DNA of 64,000 nucleotides, from NCBI RefSeq assembly GCF_009914755.1, contig NC_060942.1, one strand, 5' to 3'. The notes beneath the pieces were generated by a model, which made no database searches, had not been told where the DNA came from, and was given only the letters and a program-made list of their open reading frames with translations. The translations under genes and the position numbers were made by a program. Origin of the DNA: the human T2T-CHM13v2.0 reference genome, Homo sapiens. Positions 41,838-56,535 of this stretch are shown here, piece after piece (the first letter of the stretch is position 1; each line of letters starts with the position of its first letter).

Positions 41838-43109
41838 TAGGATTCTTTTTCTAAAGAAAAACTAGAAACTAGATATTGGGAGTTCATTAGCAATCAATGT
41901 CTGCTGCAAATGGGAACCAAAAAAGAAAGTTCCTGTCTTTATAGTGCTTATACTCTAGGAGAGAAATCTGCCATTAATCAAACAATCACAAAAATAATTT
42001 TAAAATTGCACACTATAGTAAGTGAGGTCAAGAAACACTTCACTGGGTCTTGGAAGTATATTATTAAAGGGCCTAATCTGTTGGGGGAACTCTTTTCTAA
42101 GGAAGCATGAAATGGGACTGAAAAAAAAAGTAGCCAGAGGTCAGCCATGCAGGGCCTTGTCTACCTTAAGGTTTTGATCTTTATTGTAGAACAAAGGCCA
42201 GTGATTAAAGGGTTTTGAACAGGTTATGAGGTAACTTTTTACCCTGCTATGATTATGTTTTGAAAATATTTTTCTGACAGCTTAGTGCAGAATGTGCTAA
42301 AGAGGAAAATTGGATGTGATGGGGGAGCCTACACACTGGCAGAAGGATAACCATTGATGTCCAGCCCATTTCAGAGTAGCCAGAGAAACTTAGTGCCAGC
42401 CCTTTGTGGAAACTGACAGTGGTCAGTGGTGGGGCTGCACAACATTGTGCTATATGTCTTGTTCTTTCCTACCCCACTGGGGGTTGAGAGTGGAGTACAA
42501 CCGCAGGAGAGGAACATCCGTGTTGAGTCATGTGGAGCCATGTGTTACTCAACCCTTCTCCCCAGGGATAGTGCAGCCTGGTGAACATGGCTGTCTACCC
42601 AACCGACCTGCCACCTACCTTCCTCCCAATAACAGAATCTTGGTTTACTCAATTGCATGATGAAAACCCTTTGATCTCAGGGAGTTAGGCTTCCTCCAGC
42701 CTCACAGGATGACTTATGATTGGTCTAAAGCAGATATAGTAATCCCATACCTCTTTCCAGATATTTTCCCAGCCATCATCTAGCAAGAGATGAACTTGTG
42801 ACTTACTGAGATTAAAGAGGGGTTTCTGGGAATGTTTTCTTCATAATAGGAGAAAGTGTTAGAGGATTGTTGTATGTGACCATGCTTTCTCCCTTTTCCT
42901 TGCTTGGGGCACTGAAATGAAAATATCATATTTGAAGCTGAGCAGCACCTTTCAGCTATGAGACTAAAAGCTCAAGGACCAAAATCCAACATCCTCATGG
43001 CAAATCAGAAAGATAGGATCTTTCTATCTAGGCTTTTGATGACATTGTAGAGCCACTGCACTCAGCTTGGAGCTACCTACCAACAGATTTCTTAGAATGC
43101 AAGGTGATT

Positions 43110-43353
43110 CCACATGTTCTCACTCATAGGTGGGAATAGAACAATGAGAACACATGGACACAGGAGGGGGAACATCACACACCGGGGCGTGTTGTGGGGT
43201 GGGGGGAGGGGGGAGGGATAGCATTAGGAGAAATACCTAATGTTAAATGACGAGTTAATGGGTGCAGCACACCAACATGTCACATGTATATATGTAACAA
43301 ACCTGCACATTGTGCACATGTACCCTAAAACTTAAAGTATAATAATAAAAAAA
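43110..43353 (+). mobile_element. 5'-truncated L1PA (PA3/PA4-like) 3'UTR
   Basis: L1PA 3' end with G-rich tract and A tail. 14-bp TSD AATGCAAGGTGATT at 43096-43109 and 43354-43367, at a TT|AGAA-like site. Confidence 0.93.
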
Positions 43354-46300
43354 AATGCAAGGTGATTATATGTATCTATTGCTTAAGTAAATGTTAATGT
43401 AGTATTCTTATACTTGCAGCCATAGGCATCCTGACTAATACATTTGGTAAATATTGAATTGAACCAAATGAACCAACTTTATCTCAGCTGTGGTTAAACT
43501 TGAGTAACCTTGGGCAAATTATTTTACCTCTCAGATTTCGGTTTTTCCTCCTCAAAATTGGCTGGTAATGATAACCATCTTGTAAGGTATGTTCTGAGAA
43601 ATAAACAAGGTAATACATATAAACACATTTAGTGATCTCTAAAGTACCATCCAAATGCAAGTATAAAAGATTAAAATACTGTTGTCTGTTATACTTCTTA
43701 AATGCACACAGATATTACTATTTTAGTAGCTAAAAACAGAGCCAATTTTCTTATTGGCATTCTTCTATTCAGTAAAGTAGGTAATATAAATTGTATGAAT
43801 ACACATTTCCCCCCCTCCCCGTTGAGATTCAATAAAGTCATTTTTAGTTTGCTTGGTGAAAAAATATAGTAACCATGTTAATCTTTCCTAAATTAGCTCT
43901 CAAACCAAGAAAAAAAGAGGGTTGCTTAGCACTGATGTATAAGAACTAAAATGTTCTTTGAAATCAGAAAGACTTAGATTTGAATGTTGATACTTCCGCT
44001 TCTAAGCTTTGTGACATTGGTATATTTAATTTCTGTATATTATATGAGGATGATAATGCCTACCTTATCATGTATAAAAATTCAAAGGAGATGATTAAGG
44101 ATGGTCCAATACTACTCACAACTCTGGCCCTAACCATATCCCACTCAATTATTTACCACTTCTTAGCTAACCCCTCCATTGAAGGAAAAGTTGCTCATTC
44201 TTATCAGGGCCTTTGATTGATCAGGGCCCAGGATATCACTGGGCCATATTTTATTAGTGGATGAAGACACAACATACCACAAAATGATAATCGTTTTGCT
44301 CTTCTGCACCCATGAAAAGAAGATTCACTTCTACCTCTTCTTTTTCATGCATGTGGTAGGCAGAATTCTAAGATGGTCCCCAATGATCTCCTCCTGATAC
44401 TCATGCCTACACATAATCTCATCCCCTTAAGTGTGGGCTGGACCTGGGGACTTTCTTTTTCTTTTTTTTAAGTGGCTTTATTGAGATATCATCCACATAT
44501 GATTCATTCATTTAAAGTGTACAATTCAATGGTTTTATTCAAAAAAATCAATATTAAATAAAGTATACTCAAAGATATATGAAACCATCACCAACAACAA
44601 TATCTGAACATTTTCATCACCTGAAAAGGAAACTGTGTACACTTTAATTATCAACTCCCTATTCCCCTATGCCTAAGCAAGCACTAATCTACTTTCTGTC
44701 TCTAAATATTTGCCTATTTGGACATTTTATAGAAATGGAATCATATAATATGTGGTCCTTTTGCGACTGGTTTCTTTCACTTAGCATAACGGTTTCAAAG
44801 TTCATCCATCTTGTGGCATGTAACAGTATTTCATTCCTTTTTATGACTGCACAATATTCCATTGTATGGATATATCACATTTAGTTTATCCATTCATCAG
44901 TTATGAACATTCGAGGTGTTTCCACCTTTTGGCTATTATGAATAATGCTGCTACAAACCTTCAAGTACAAGTTTTTGTGTAGACATGTTTTCATTTCTCT
45001 TGCATCCATACTTTGGAGTGGAATTGTTGGGTCATATGGCAACTCTATGCTCAATCATTTGAGGAACTTTCAGACTGTTTTCCAAGCGGTTGCAACATTT
45101 TACATTTCCTCCAGCAGTGTATGAGGGTCTTGAATTCTCCACATCCTCACCAACAAGTTATTTTCTTTTTTTAAAATTAAATTAGCAATGTTAGGGTGAA
45201 GTGGTATCTCCTTGTGGTTTTTATGGATGCTGAGCACTGTTTCATGTGCTTATTAGCCATTTGTATATCTTCTTTGGAGAAATTTCTATTCACGATTTTT
45301 ACCCATTTTTAAATTGAACTATTTGTCCTTTTATTGTTGAGTTGTAAGAGTTCTGTGTATTCTGGATACAAGTCCCTTATCAGATATATGATCTATAAAT
45401 ATTTTCTTCCATTCCATAAGCTGTCTTTTTACTCTCTTGATAGTGTCTTTAGATGCACAAAAGTTTTCAATTTTGATAAAATCCAATCCATTTTTTTTTC
45501 ATTGCTCATATGTTTGGTGTCAGATCTAAGACTCCATTGCCAAATCCATGGTCATGAAGATTTATCTCTGTGTTTTATTCCAATAATTGTATAGTTTTAG
45601 TTTTGACATTGTGATCTTGATCCATTTTGAGTTAATTATTTGTGTATGTTATGCAGTAAGTGTCCAAATTAATTATTTTCCCTGTGACTATCCACTTGTT
45701 CCAGTGCCTTCATTGAAAAGACTATCTTTTCCCTGTTGAATGGTCTTGCACCCTTCTTGAAAATCAGATGACCATAAATACATGTGTTTATTTCTGGACT
45801 CTCAATTCTGTTCCATTGAGCTATATATCTATCTTTATGCCAATATCACACTGTCTTGGTTACTGTTACTTCAGAGTAACTTTCAAAATCTGGAAGTGTG
45901 GGTCCTCCTACTTTGTTCTTCTTTTTCAAGATTTTTTTGGCTTTTCTAGATTCCTTGCAATTCCATATGAATTTTAGAATCAGCTTATCAATTTCTACAA
46001 AGCAGTCAGCTAGGATCTGATAGAAATTACACTGAATCTGTAGATCGATTTAGAAAGTATTGTCATCTTAGCAATATCAAGGCTTCCAATCTAAGAAAAT
46101 GAGATTTTTAAAATTTATTAAGATTTCCCTTTAATTTCTTGCAACAGTGTTTTGTAGTTTTCCAAGTTTTATTCTTCTTTTAAGTTTATTCCTAAGTGTT
46201 TTATTCTTTTTGATGCTATTGTAATAGGATTAATTTCATAATTTTATTTTTGATTTGTTTATTACAAGTATGTAGAAATACAATCTTTTTTTATATACTT

Positions 46301-46488
46301 TAAGTTCTAGGGTATGTGTGCACAATGTGCAGTTTTGATACATAGGTACACATGTGCCATGTTGGTTTGCTGCACCCATCAACTCATCATTTACATTAGT
46401 TATTTCTCCTAATGCTATCCCTCCCCCGACCCCACGACAGGCCCTGGTGTGTGATGTTCCCCACTCTGTGTCCAAGTGTTCTCATTGT

Positions 46489-48876
46489 TCAATTCCCACC
46501 TATGAGTGAGAACATGCAGTGTTTGGTTTTCTGTCCTTGTGATAGTTTGCTGAGAATGATGGTTGCCAGCTTCATCCATGTCCCTGCAAAGGAGATGCAC
46601 TTATCCTTTTTTTGGCTGCATAATATTCCATGGTGTATATGTGCCACATTTTCTTAATCCAGTATATCACTGATGGACATTTGGGTTGGTTCTAAGTCTT
46701 TGCTATTGTGAATAGTGCCGCAATAAACATATGTGTGCATGTGTCTTTATAGTAGCATGATTTATAATCCTTTGGGTATATACCCAGGAATGGGATTGCT
46801 GGGTCAAATGGTATTTCTAGTTCTAGATCCTGGAGGAATCACCACACTGTTGTCCACAATGGTTGAACTAATTTACACTCACACCAACAGTGTAAAAGCT
46901 TTCCTATTTCTCCACATCCTCTCCAGCATCTGTTGTTTCCTGACTTTTTAATGATTGCCATTCTAACTGATGAGAGATAGTATCTCATTGTGGTTTTGAT
47001 TTGCATTTCTCCGATGACCAGTGATGATGAGTATTTTTTCATGTGTCTGTTGGCTGCACAGATACCTTCTTTTGAGAAGTGTCTGTTCATATCCTTCACC
47101 CACTTTTTGATGGGGTCATTTGTTTTTTTTCTTGTAAATCTGTTTGAGTTCTTTGTAGATTCTGGATATTAGCCCTTTGTCAGATGAGTAGATTGCAAAA
47201 ATTTTCTCCCATTCTGTAGGTTGCCTGTTCACTGTGATGGTAGTTTATTTTGTCATGCAGAAGCTCTTCAGTTTAATTAGATCCCATTTGTCAATTTTGG
47301 CTTTTGTTGCCATTGCTTTTGGTGTTTTAATCATGAAGTCCTTGCCCATGCCTATGTCCTGAATGGTATTGCCTAGGTTTTCTTCCAGGGTTTTTATGGT
47401 TTTAGGTCTAACATTTATGTCTTTAATCCATCTTGAATTGCTTTTTGTATAAGATGTAAGGAAGGGGTTCAGTTTCAGCTTTCTACATGTGGTTAGCCAG
47501 TTTTCCCAGCACCATTTATTAAATAGGGAATCCTTTCCCCATTTCTTGTTTTTGTCAGGTTAGTCAAAGATCAGATGGTTGTAGATGTGTGGTGCTATTT
47601 CTGAGGCTTCTGTTCTGTTCCATTGGTCTATATATCTGTTTTGGTACCAATACCATGTTGTTTTTGCTTACTGTAGCCTTGTAGTATAATTTGAAGTCAG
47701 GTAACATGATGCCTCCAGCTTTGTTCTTTTTGCTTAGGATTGTGCTGGCAATGTGGGCTCTTTTTTGGTTCCATATGAACTTTAAAGTAGTTTTTTCCAA
47801 TTCTGTGAAGAAAGTCATTGGTAGCTTGATGGGGATGGCATTTAATCTATAAATTACTTTGGACAGTATGGTCATTTTCATGATATTGATTCTTCCTACC
47901 CATGAGCGTGGAATATTCTTCCATTTGTTTGTGTCAATTTTAGATCTTTCCTGCTTTCTTTTGTGGGCATTTAGTGCTACAAATTTCCCTCTACACACAG
48001 CTTTAAATGTGTCCCAGAGATTCTGGTATATAGTGTCTTTTTTCTTACTGGTTTCAAAGAACATCTTTATTTCTGCCTTCATTTCGTTATTTACCAATAC
48101 TCATTCAGGAGCAAGTTGTTCAGTTTCCCATGTAGTTGTGTGGTTTTGAGTGAGTTTCTTAATCCTGAGTTCTAATTTGATTGCACTGTGGTCTGAGAGA
48201 CAGTTTGTTGTGATTTCTGTTCTTTTACATTTGCTGAGGAGTGCTTTACTTCCAATTGTGTGGTCAATTTTAGAATAAGTGCGAAGTGGTGCTGGGAAGA
48301 AAGTATATTCTGTTGATTTGGGGTGGAGAGTTCTGTAGATGTCTACTAGGTCTGCTTGTTGCAGAGCCGAGTTCAGGTCCTGGATATCCTTGTTAGCCTT
48401 CTGTCTCATTGATCTGTCTAATATTGACAGTGGGGTGTTAAAGTCTCCCATTATTATTGTGTGGGAGTCTAAGTCTCTTTGTAGTTTTTTAAGGACTTGT
48501 TTTATGTATCTGGGTGCTCCTGTATTGGGTGCATATATATTTAAGATAGTTAACTTTTCTTGTTGAATTGATCCCTTTACCATTGTGTAATGATCTTCTT
48601 TGTCTCTTTTCATCTTTTTTGGTTTAAAGTCTGTTTTATCAGAGACTAGGATTGCAACCCCTGCTTTTTTTTTGCTTTCCATTTGCTTGGTAGATCTTCC
48701 TCCATCCCTTTATTTTGAGCCTATACGCGTCTGCACGTGAGATTGTTCTCCTGAATATAGCACACTGATGGGTCTTGACTTGTTATTCAGTTTGCCAGTC
48801 TGTGTCTTTTAATTGGGGCATTTAGCCCATTTACATATAAGGTTAATATTGTTATGTGTGAATTTGATCCTGTCAT
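46489..48876 (-). pseudogene. L1 ORF2p remnant: endonuclease plus C-terminal part, RT deleted
   Basis: EN motifs NIYAPN, GDFNTPL and SDHSAI at 48101-48682. Fusion [12 protein letters not shown] at ~47933. Several frameshifts. Confidence 0.92.
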
Positions 48877-48939
48877 TATGATATTCACTGGTTATTTTGC
48901 CCGTTAATTGACGCAGTTTCTTCATAGCATCAACGGTCT

Positions 48940-49964
48940 TTACAATTTGGACTGTTTTTGCAGTGGCTGGTACTGGTTGTTTCTTTCCATGTTTAGTGCT
49001 TCCTTCAGGAGCTGTTGTAAGGCAGGCCTGGTGGTGAAAAATCTCTCAGCATTTGCTTGTCTGTAAAGGATTTTATTTCTCCTTCACTTATGAAGCTTAG
49101 TTTGGCTGGACATGAAATTCTGGGTTGAAAATTCTTTTCTTTAGGAATGTGGAATATTGACCCCCGTTCTCTTCTGGCTTGTAGGGTTTCTGCCGAGAGA
49201 TCCACTGTTAGTCTGATGGGCTTCCCTTTGTGGGTAACTTGACCTTTCTCTCTGGCTGCCCTTAACACTTTTTCCTTCATTTCAACTTTGGTGAACCTGA
49301 CAATTATGTGTCTTGGGTTTGTTCCTCTTGAGGCATATCTTTGTGGTGTTCTCTGTATTTCCTGAATTTGAATGTTGGCCTGCCTTGCTATATTGGGGAA
49401 GTTCTCCTGGATAATATCCTGAAGAGTGTTTTCCAACTCAGTTCCATTTTTCCCATCACTTTCAGGTTCACCAATCAAATGTAGATTTGGTCTTTTCACA
49501 TAGTCCCATATTTCTTGGAGGCTTTGTTCATTTCTTTTTACTCTTTTTTCTCTAACTTTGTCTTCCTGCTTTATTTCACTAATTTGATCTTCAATCACTG
49601 ATACCCTTTCTTCCACTTGATTGAATCGGCTATTGAAGCTTGTGCATGCGTCACGAAGTTCTCGTGCCATGGTTTTCAGCTCCACCAGGTCACTTAAGGT
49701 CTTCTCTATGCTGTTTATGCTAGTTAGACATTTGTCTAATCTTTTTTCAAAGTTTTTAACTTCTTTGTGATGGGTTTGAACATCCTCCTTTAGCTCGGAG
49801 AAGTTTGTTATTACCGACCTTCTGAAGCCTACTTCTGTCAACTCGTCAAAGTCATTCTCCATCCAGCTTTGTTCCATTGCTGGCAGGGCGCTGCGATTCT
49901 TTGGAGGAGAAGAGGTGCTCTGATTTTTAGAATTTTCAGCTTTTCTGCTCTGGTTTCTCCTGAT
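48940..49964 (-). pseudogene. L1 ORF1p remnant
   Basis: The 290-aa frame 49005-49877 is L1 ORF1p (WDYVKRPNL, IIQENFPN, RAAREK). Start codon mutated to ATC at ~49964 and frameshift near the C-terminus. Confidence 0.92.
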
Positions 49965-52298
49965 CTTTGTGGTTTTATCTACCTTTGGTCTTTGATATTG
50001 GTGACCTACAGATGGGGTTTTGGTGTAGATGACTTTCTGTTGATGTTGATGCTATTCCTTTCTGTTTGTTAGTTTTCCTTCTAACAGTCAGGTCCCTCAG
50101 CTGCAGGTCTGTTGGAGTTTGCTGGAGGTCCACTTCAGACCCTGCTGGCCTGGGTATCACCAGCAGAGGCTACAGAACAGCAAATATTGCTGCCTGATCT
50201 TTTCTCTGGAAGCTTCGTCCCAGAGGGGCAGCCACCTATATGAAGTGTCTGTCAGCCCCTACTGGGAGGTGTCTCCCAGTTAGGCTACATGGGGGTCAGG
50301 GACCCACTTGAGGAGGCAGTCTGTCTGTTCTCAGAGCTCAAACGCTGTGCTGGGAGAACCTCTACTCTCTTCAGAGCTGTCAGACAGGGACGTTTAACTC
50401 TGCAGAAATTGCCTGCTGCCTTTTGTACAGCTATGCCCTGCCCACAGAGGTGGAGTCTAGAGGCAGTAGGCCTTGTTGAACTGCAGTGGGCTCCATCCAG
50501 TTTGAGCTTCCAGGCTGCTTTGTTTACCTACTCAAACCTCAGAAATGGCAGACGTCCCTACCCCAACCATGCTGCCATCTCACAGATCAATCTCAGACTG
50601 CTGTGTTAGCAGTGAGCAAGGCTCCATGGGCGTGGGGCCCACAGAGCAAGGCATGGGAGAGAATCACCTTGTCTACCAGTTGCTAAGACCTTGTGAAAGG
50701 CACAGTATTTGGGGAGGAGTGTCCCATTTTTCCAGGTAGTCTGTCATGGCTTCCCTTGGCTAGGAAAGGGAAATACCCCGACCCCTTGTGCTTCCCAGGT
50801 GAGGTGACGCCCCACCCTGCTTTGGCTTGCCGTCTGTGGGCTGCACCCACTGTCCAACCAGTCCCAGTGAGATGAATCACGTACCTCAGTTGGAAATGCA
50901 GAAATCACACCCATCTTCTGCATCGATCATGCTGGGAGCTGCAGACTGGAGCTGTTTCTATTCGGCCATCTTGGAATGCCCCCTAGATCAGTCTAGAAAT
51001 ACAATCTTTTTACATTGATCTTGTATTCTGCAATCTTGTTGAACTCGTTTATTACTTTTGATAGTTTTTTTTACTAGATTCTTTAGAATTTTCTATATAC
51101 AAGATTATGTCATTTGTGAATAGAGATAGTTTTACTTCTTCCTGTCCAAAATGGATGGCTTTTACCTTATTTTTCTTGCCTAATTGTCCTGGCTAGAACC
51201 TCCAGTACAATGTTGAATAAATGTGGTGAGAATGGGCATCTTGTGTTGTTACAGATCTTAAGGGAAAAGAATTCAGTCTTTCACCATTAAGTATGATGTT
51301 AGCTGTGGGTTTTCCATACATGTCCTTTATCAAGTTAATGAAATTCCTTTCTATTCCCAGTTTGTTTGATGTTTTTAATCATGAAATAATGTCAGATTTT
51401 GTCAGATGCTTTCTCAGCATTAATTGAGATGATCATGTGATTTTTTCCCTTCATTCTATTAATGCAGTATATTATATTGATTGGTTTTCTTGTGTTGAAC
51501 CACCTTTGCACTCCTGGGATAAATTGTACTTGGTTATGTGTATAATTTTTGCACACTGCCAGTTTGGTTTCTTAGTATTTTTGTTTACAATCTTTGCATA
51601 CATATTCATAAGAGACATGGATCTGCAGTCTTTCTGTGATGCATTTGTCTTATTTTGGTATCAGAATAATTTCTGGTCAGTTTCTGGGGAACAGATCATC
51701 TCATATTCTAATTTCATGGAATGAATTAGGAAGAGTTCCTTCTTCTATTTTTTTGAATTTGAGTTTGTGAAAAGTTGGTATCAATTATACATTTGGTAGA
51801 ATGTCTGCATTGATGCCATCTGTTCCTGCTTTTCTCTTTGAGTAATCTGATTTTTTGTTACTAATTCATTCTTTTCCATTATTACAGTTTTGTTCAGAGT
51901 GTCTATTTCTTCTTGGGTCAGTTTTATTAGTTTATGTCTTTCTAGGAATTTGTTCATTTCATCCAGGTTATCTAGGTTTTTGCATATAATATCATATATT
52001 TTGCATGTATTCCCTTTATAATCTTTTTTTTTTTTTGTCAATCTAGCTAAAGGTTTGTTAATTTTATTGATGTTTTCAAAGAACATGCTTTTGGTATTGA
52101 TTTTTATATATTGTTTTTCTCTTCCTTGTTTCATTAATTTCTATTCTAATCTTTATTATTTTCTATCTTCTCCTTGCTTTAGATCTTTCTTCAGCATCTT
52201 CAGGTGGAGGTTAGGTTGATTTGAAATCTTTCTTTTATAATATAGGCATTTATAGCTATACATGTCCCAGTAAATGTCACTTCAGCTGCATCCCGTAA

Positions 52299-52647
<349 letters not shown>

Positions 52648-53492
52648 TAATATGTATAGCTATAAATGCCTATATTTTTGGATTTTCCTTTTTATTTCTT
52701 CTTTACATAATAGTTACTTATGACTGTTATTGTTCCACATATTTTCAAATTTTCTAAATGACATTTATATTTTAATGAATAGAATATAATAAAGGTGAGG
52801 AGACATCACTTTTGAGAATAGGTTTCAAAAGACTGTGACTTCTCTCTCGTTTGCACATGCTCTGCTTGGCTTTTCCCACTTGCTTATTCTGATAAAGCAA
52901 GCTGTCATATAATGCACCACCATATAGAGAGGCTCATGTGTCAGGAACTGAGGGCAGCCTTTGGCCAAGAGGCCAATAAGGGACTGAAGTTCTCAGTCCG
53001 ATAGCTCACAAGGAGCTGAATCCTATCAACAACCATATAAATGAGCTTGGAAGTGGACCCTTCCATAGTGAGCCTTGGTTGACAGCCTGATTGCAGTGGT
53101 ATAACACAGTCTGAGCCCAAGGACCCAGTCAAGGCATGCCCAGATTTCCGATTCACAGAACCTGTGAGATAATAAATGTTGTTTTAAAACCACCAAGTGT
53201 TGAGGTAATTTGTTACATAGCAGTAGATAAATAATAAGATGTAGTTGCTTCAGAAAGAGGGCCTGGGTCCTTTGAATGGGCCAGATGCTTATTTTTATTT
53301 TCTGTCTCCATGATGTAAGAGGCCTAGAAAGGACCCTACCTCATACATTGTCTCTGTGCCCCACCTTCTCTACTGGAAACTGAGTGTGGTAAATCAGGTT
53401 GGATCTTTTCTGGGGAACTGACCATCTCAGATTCAGGTGAGGAAGAACCAAAAGGCCTCCTTTAAGTTCAATTCTTCAACTCAGAGTTTGTA

Positions 53493-53572
53493 TTGGGTTG
53501 GTGCAAAAGTAACTGTGGTTATTGCAGTTACTTTTAATTGCAGAAGCCGCTATTACTTTTGTACCAACCTAA
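53493..53572. mobile_element. MADE1 (Hsmar1-derived 80-bp MITE)
   Basis: TTGGGTTGGTGCAAAAGTAA ... TTACTTTTGTACCAACCTAA palindrome, preceded by TA. Confidence 0.9.
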
Positions 53573-53641
53573 ATATTAGTGTACAGTGGGGCTACCATGT
53601 CTAAAGTGTTCATTTGTTTCCCATTTGGTTATTGTCCTTCA

Positions 53642-54143
<502 letters not shown>

Positions 54144-56127
54144 TCAAGTTATGACATAGAGTCTCAAACTGTCTGCATTACACCCTGGGGTCACTTGTAT
54201 TTTGTGGTAGCAAAGCTCCTAATTTGTTTGCTATTGATGTATTTATTGCTAGACCTTATTGAAAAAGGAATTCAACAAAATTCAACTCAACAAACACCTT
54301 GGTGATGGGCATTATGCTGAGATTGCACAAACAGAGGGGAATAGAACACAGTTTCTGTCCTTAGACCTGAATTCGGAACTAGTGCCTGGAGAGGGGGTTT
54401 GTTTTTACAGATCATCTCACGATTTGAAGGCCAGTCACTAAGAATCCACTCATTTTTTCCCCCATATTTCCCCAACTGAAATTACTCAGGAACAATGTCA
54501 GAAAGTCTAACACTTCCTCCATTTTGACTTCAGTCCTGGTGATGGGTCTTCTCTGAGGCCATCCATGTGGATATCTCCTAGGATACAACCATATCTGGAA
54601 CAGAGGCCTGCACTAATGGAAGTCCCTCCATTACCCAATAAGAAAAATTGGGGAAAAACCCTGAACCTCAAGTCACTTCACAGCCACTTGTCACGAAATG
54701 TTCACAATAATGGTACAACTCAACAATGACTGCAGATGAATGGCTTCCTGCCTCTGTGTAATATACACTTGCACAATGGTCAGGACGTAGGACTGCTGTG
54801 AGAAAATGCTCTTGATCTGTGAAGTTGGAATCCAGGAATTCTGGAGGAAGATGGAGCACAGGTATGAGAGGAGGAAGGAGAGAATGACCCCTTCCCAGGC
54901 CTCCTGATCACGTGGGCACATCATGCTAACATTAACATATGAATGTGCGGGCTCACAGTTGCCACCTATTTGACAGCATTGACAGCAGGATGTTCAGTGT
55001 CCCCCAATTAATCCTGGTATGTCTCTGGTGAGTTCTGGACCATTGAGGTCCCCAGCCCACAGGCCACTTGAGGGCAGTGTCTCCCCACTGCAGCTGCTGC
55101 TGGGCTGCTCTCCAAAAGCAATGATTCTCCCTGCCTAGGCTGCTGTTTCCTGGGCCCCCAAAACTGCAAAGTCCTTCTGAGGCCAGTACTGCTGTCTGTT
55201 ATTTCATCTTTTCTTGATGCACGCACTGCTAGAACCACACTGTGTTCTAGGTGGAAATCGCCAGCCCAGACCTACCCTGGCCCTGTCTGGCTCTTAGGCC
55301 CTTCAGCAACAATACATGTGCCCCAAGCCTCTTGCTTTCCTTTGTGAAAACAACCCCCCAAGGTCCTTTCCTCTAGTCTCTCCCCCTGGAACTTAAACTT
55401 ACAACTTCTGTCCCACAGACTGGCCATTCCCTGCAAGCACATCAGCTGGTACCAAGAGGTTTGGGAGGCACTGCCCCACCAGTTTGTTAGATTCCGAATA
55501 CATATCTCTGGGTGTCAGAGATACTTGTAACATCCTATTACAGTAGTTCTGGGAAATGGACTTTTTCTTCAGGGCAAGAAGAAAACTAAATTTTTTTAAT
55601 AAGTTGGAATAGCACTTTTTGTCCCCCCTGTGGCCACACTGTTACAGGTATAACAGGTAGATATGAGTGAAGAAGACTAAATTCCTTGAGTAGCTTGTGT
55701 TGTATGTGACTGTGTGTGTGTGTGATGTTGACCCACGTGTACCTTAGTGCAAGATTAGAAGATCATAATGGAAGCCTCTCCCAGCTTCACTCTTGTCCTT
55801 CTGGAAATCCCATCCTGAGGGAAGGATGAGGTGAGTCGTGGCATGATGGCTAAGAACATTAACCAGTTTCCAGAGCAACGAAGGGAGCTTTGGAATCTGC
55901 CTTTAAGGAGTTTCTGTGCTATACTCCAGAAGAAAACTTAACGTTCAGTTTTTAGGTACAAACAGCTATGTTTGGACAAATAACTATGTCAGATGCTTGA
56001 ATGAAAATATATCCTGGGTTTTTTCTTAGTCTTTCAAATGCATCCAAACCTTTCTGTTGTACTTTTCTAGGAGGCAGTTGTTTCTCTTCTCACAATGAAT
56101 CAAGCCAGTTAAAAACTGCATGTTCTG

Positions 56128-56535
56128 AAAGATTGGATAAGGAAAATGTGGTATATGTATGCCATGGAATACTATGCAGACATAAAAAAGAATAAGATTG
56201 TGTCTTTTGGGGGAACATGGATGGAGCTGGAGGCAAATATCCTTAGCAAACTAACACAGGAACAGAAAACCAAATACTGCATGTTCTCACTTATAAGTGA
56301 GAGCTAAATGATGAGAAGTTACGAACACAAAGAAAGGAACAGCAGACACTAGAGTCTACTTGAGGATGAAGGGTGAGAGAAGAGAGAGAAGCAGAAAAGA
56401 TAACTATTGGGTAGTGAGCTTATTACCTGGGCGATGAAATAATCTGTACAACAAACTCCTGTGACACAAGTTTACCTACGTAACAAACCTTCACATGTAC
56501 CTCTGGACCTAAAATAAAAGTTTTAAAAAAAATAA
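56128..56535 (+). mobile_element. 5'-truncated L1PA15/16-like 3' end
   Basis: L1 3'UTR ending CCTAAAATAAAAGTT plus A tail. Confidence 0.85.

Larger units (their letters stand above)
46291..50983 (-). mobile_element. L1PA6-like LINE-1, both ends intact, ~1.4-1.5 kb internal deletion
   Basis: 5'UTR from 50983 with YY1 site AAGATGGCC, ORF1, ORF2 and 3'UTR. 18-bp TSD TAGAAATACAATCTTTTT at 46273-46290 and 50994-51011. Length only ~4.7 kb. Confidence 0.95.

Noticed and set aside
43196-43218. G-quadruplex-forming tract
   Set aside because: Standard, well-known L1PA 3'UTR feature.
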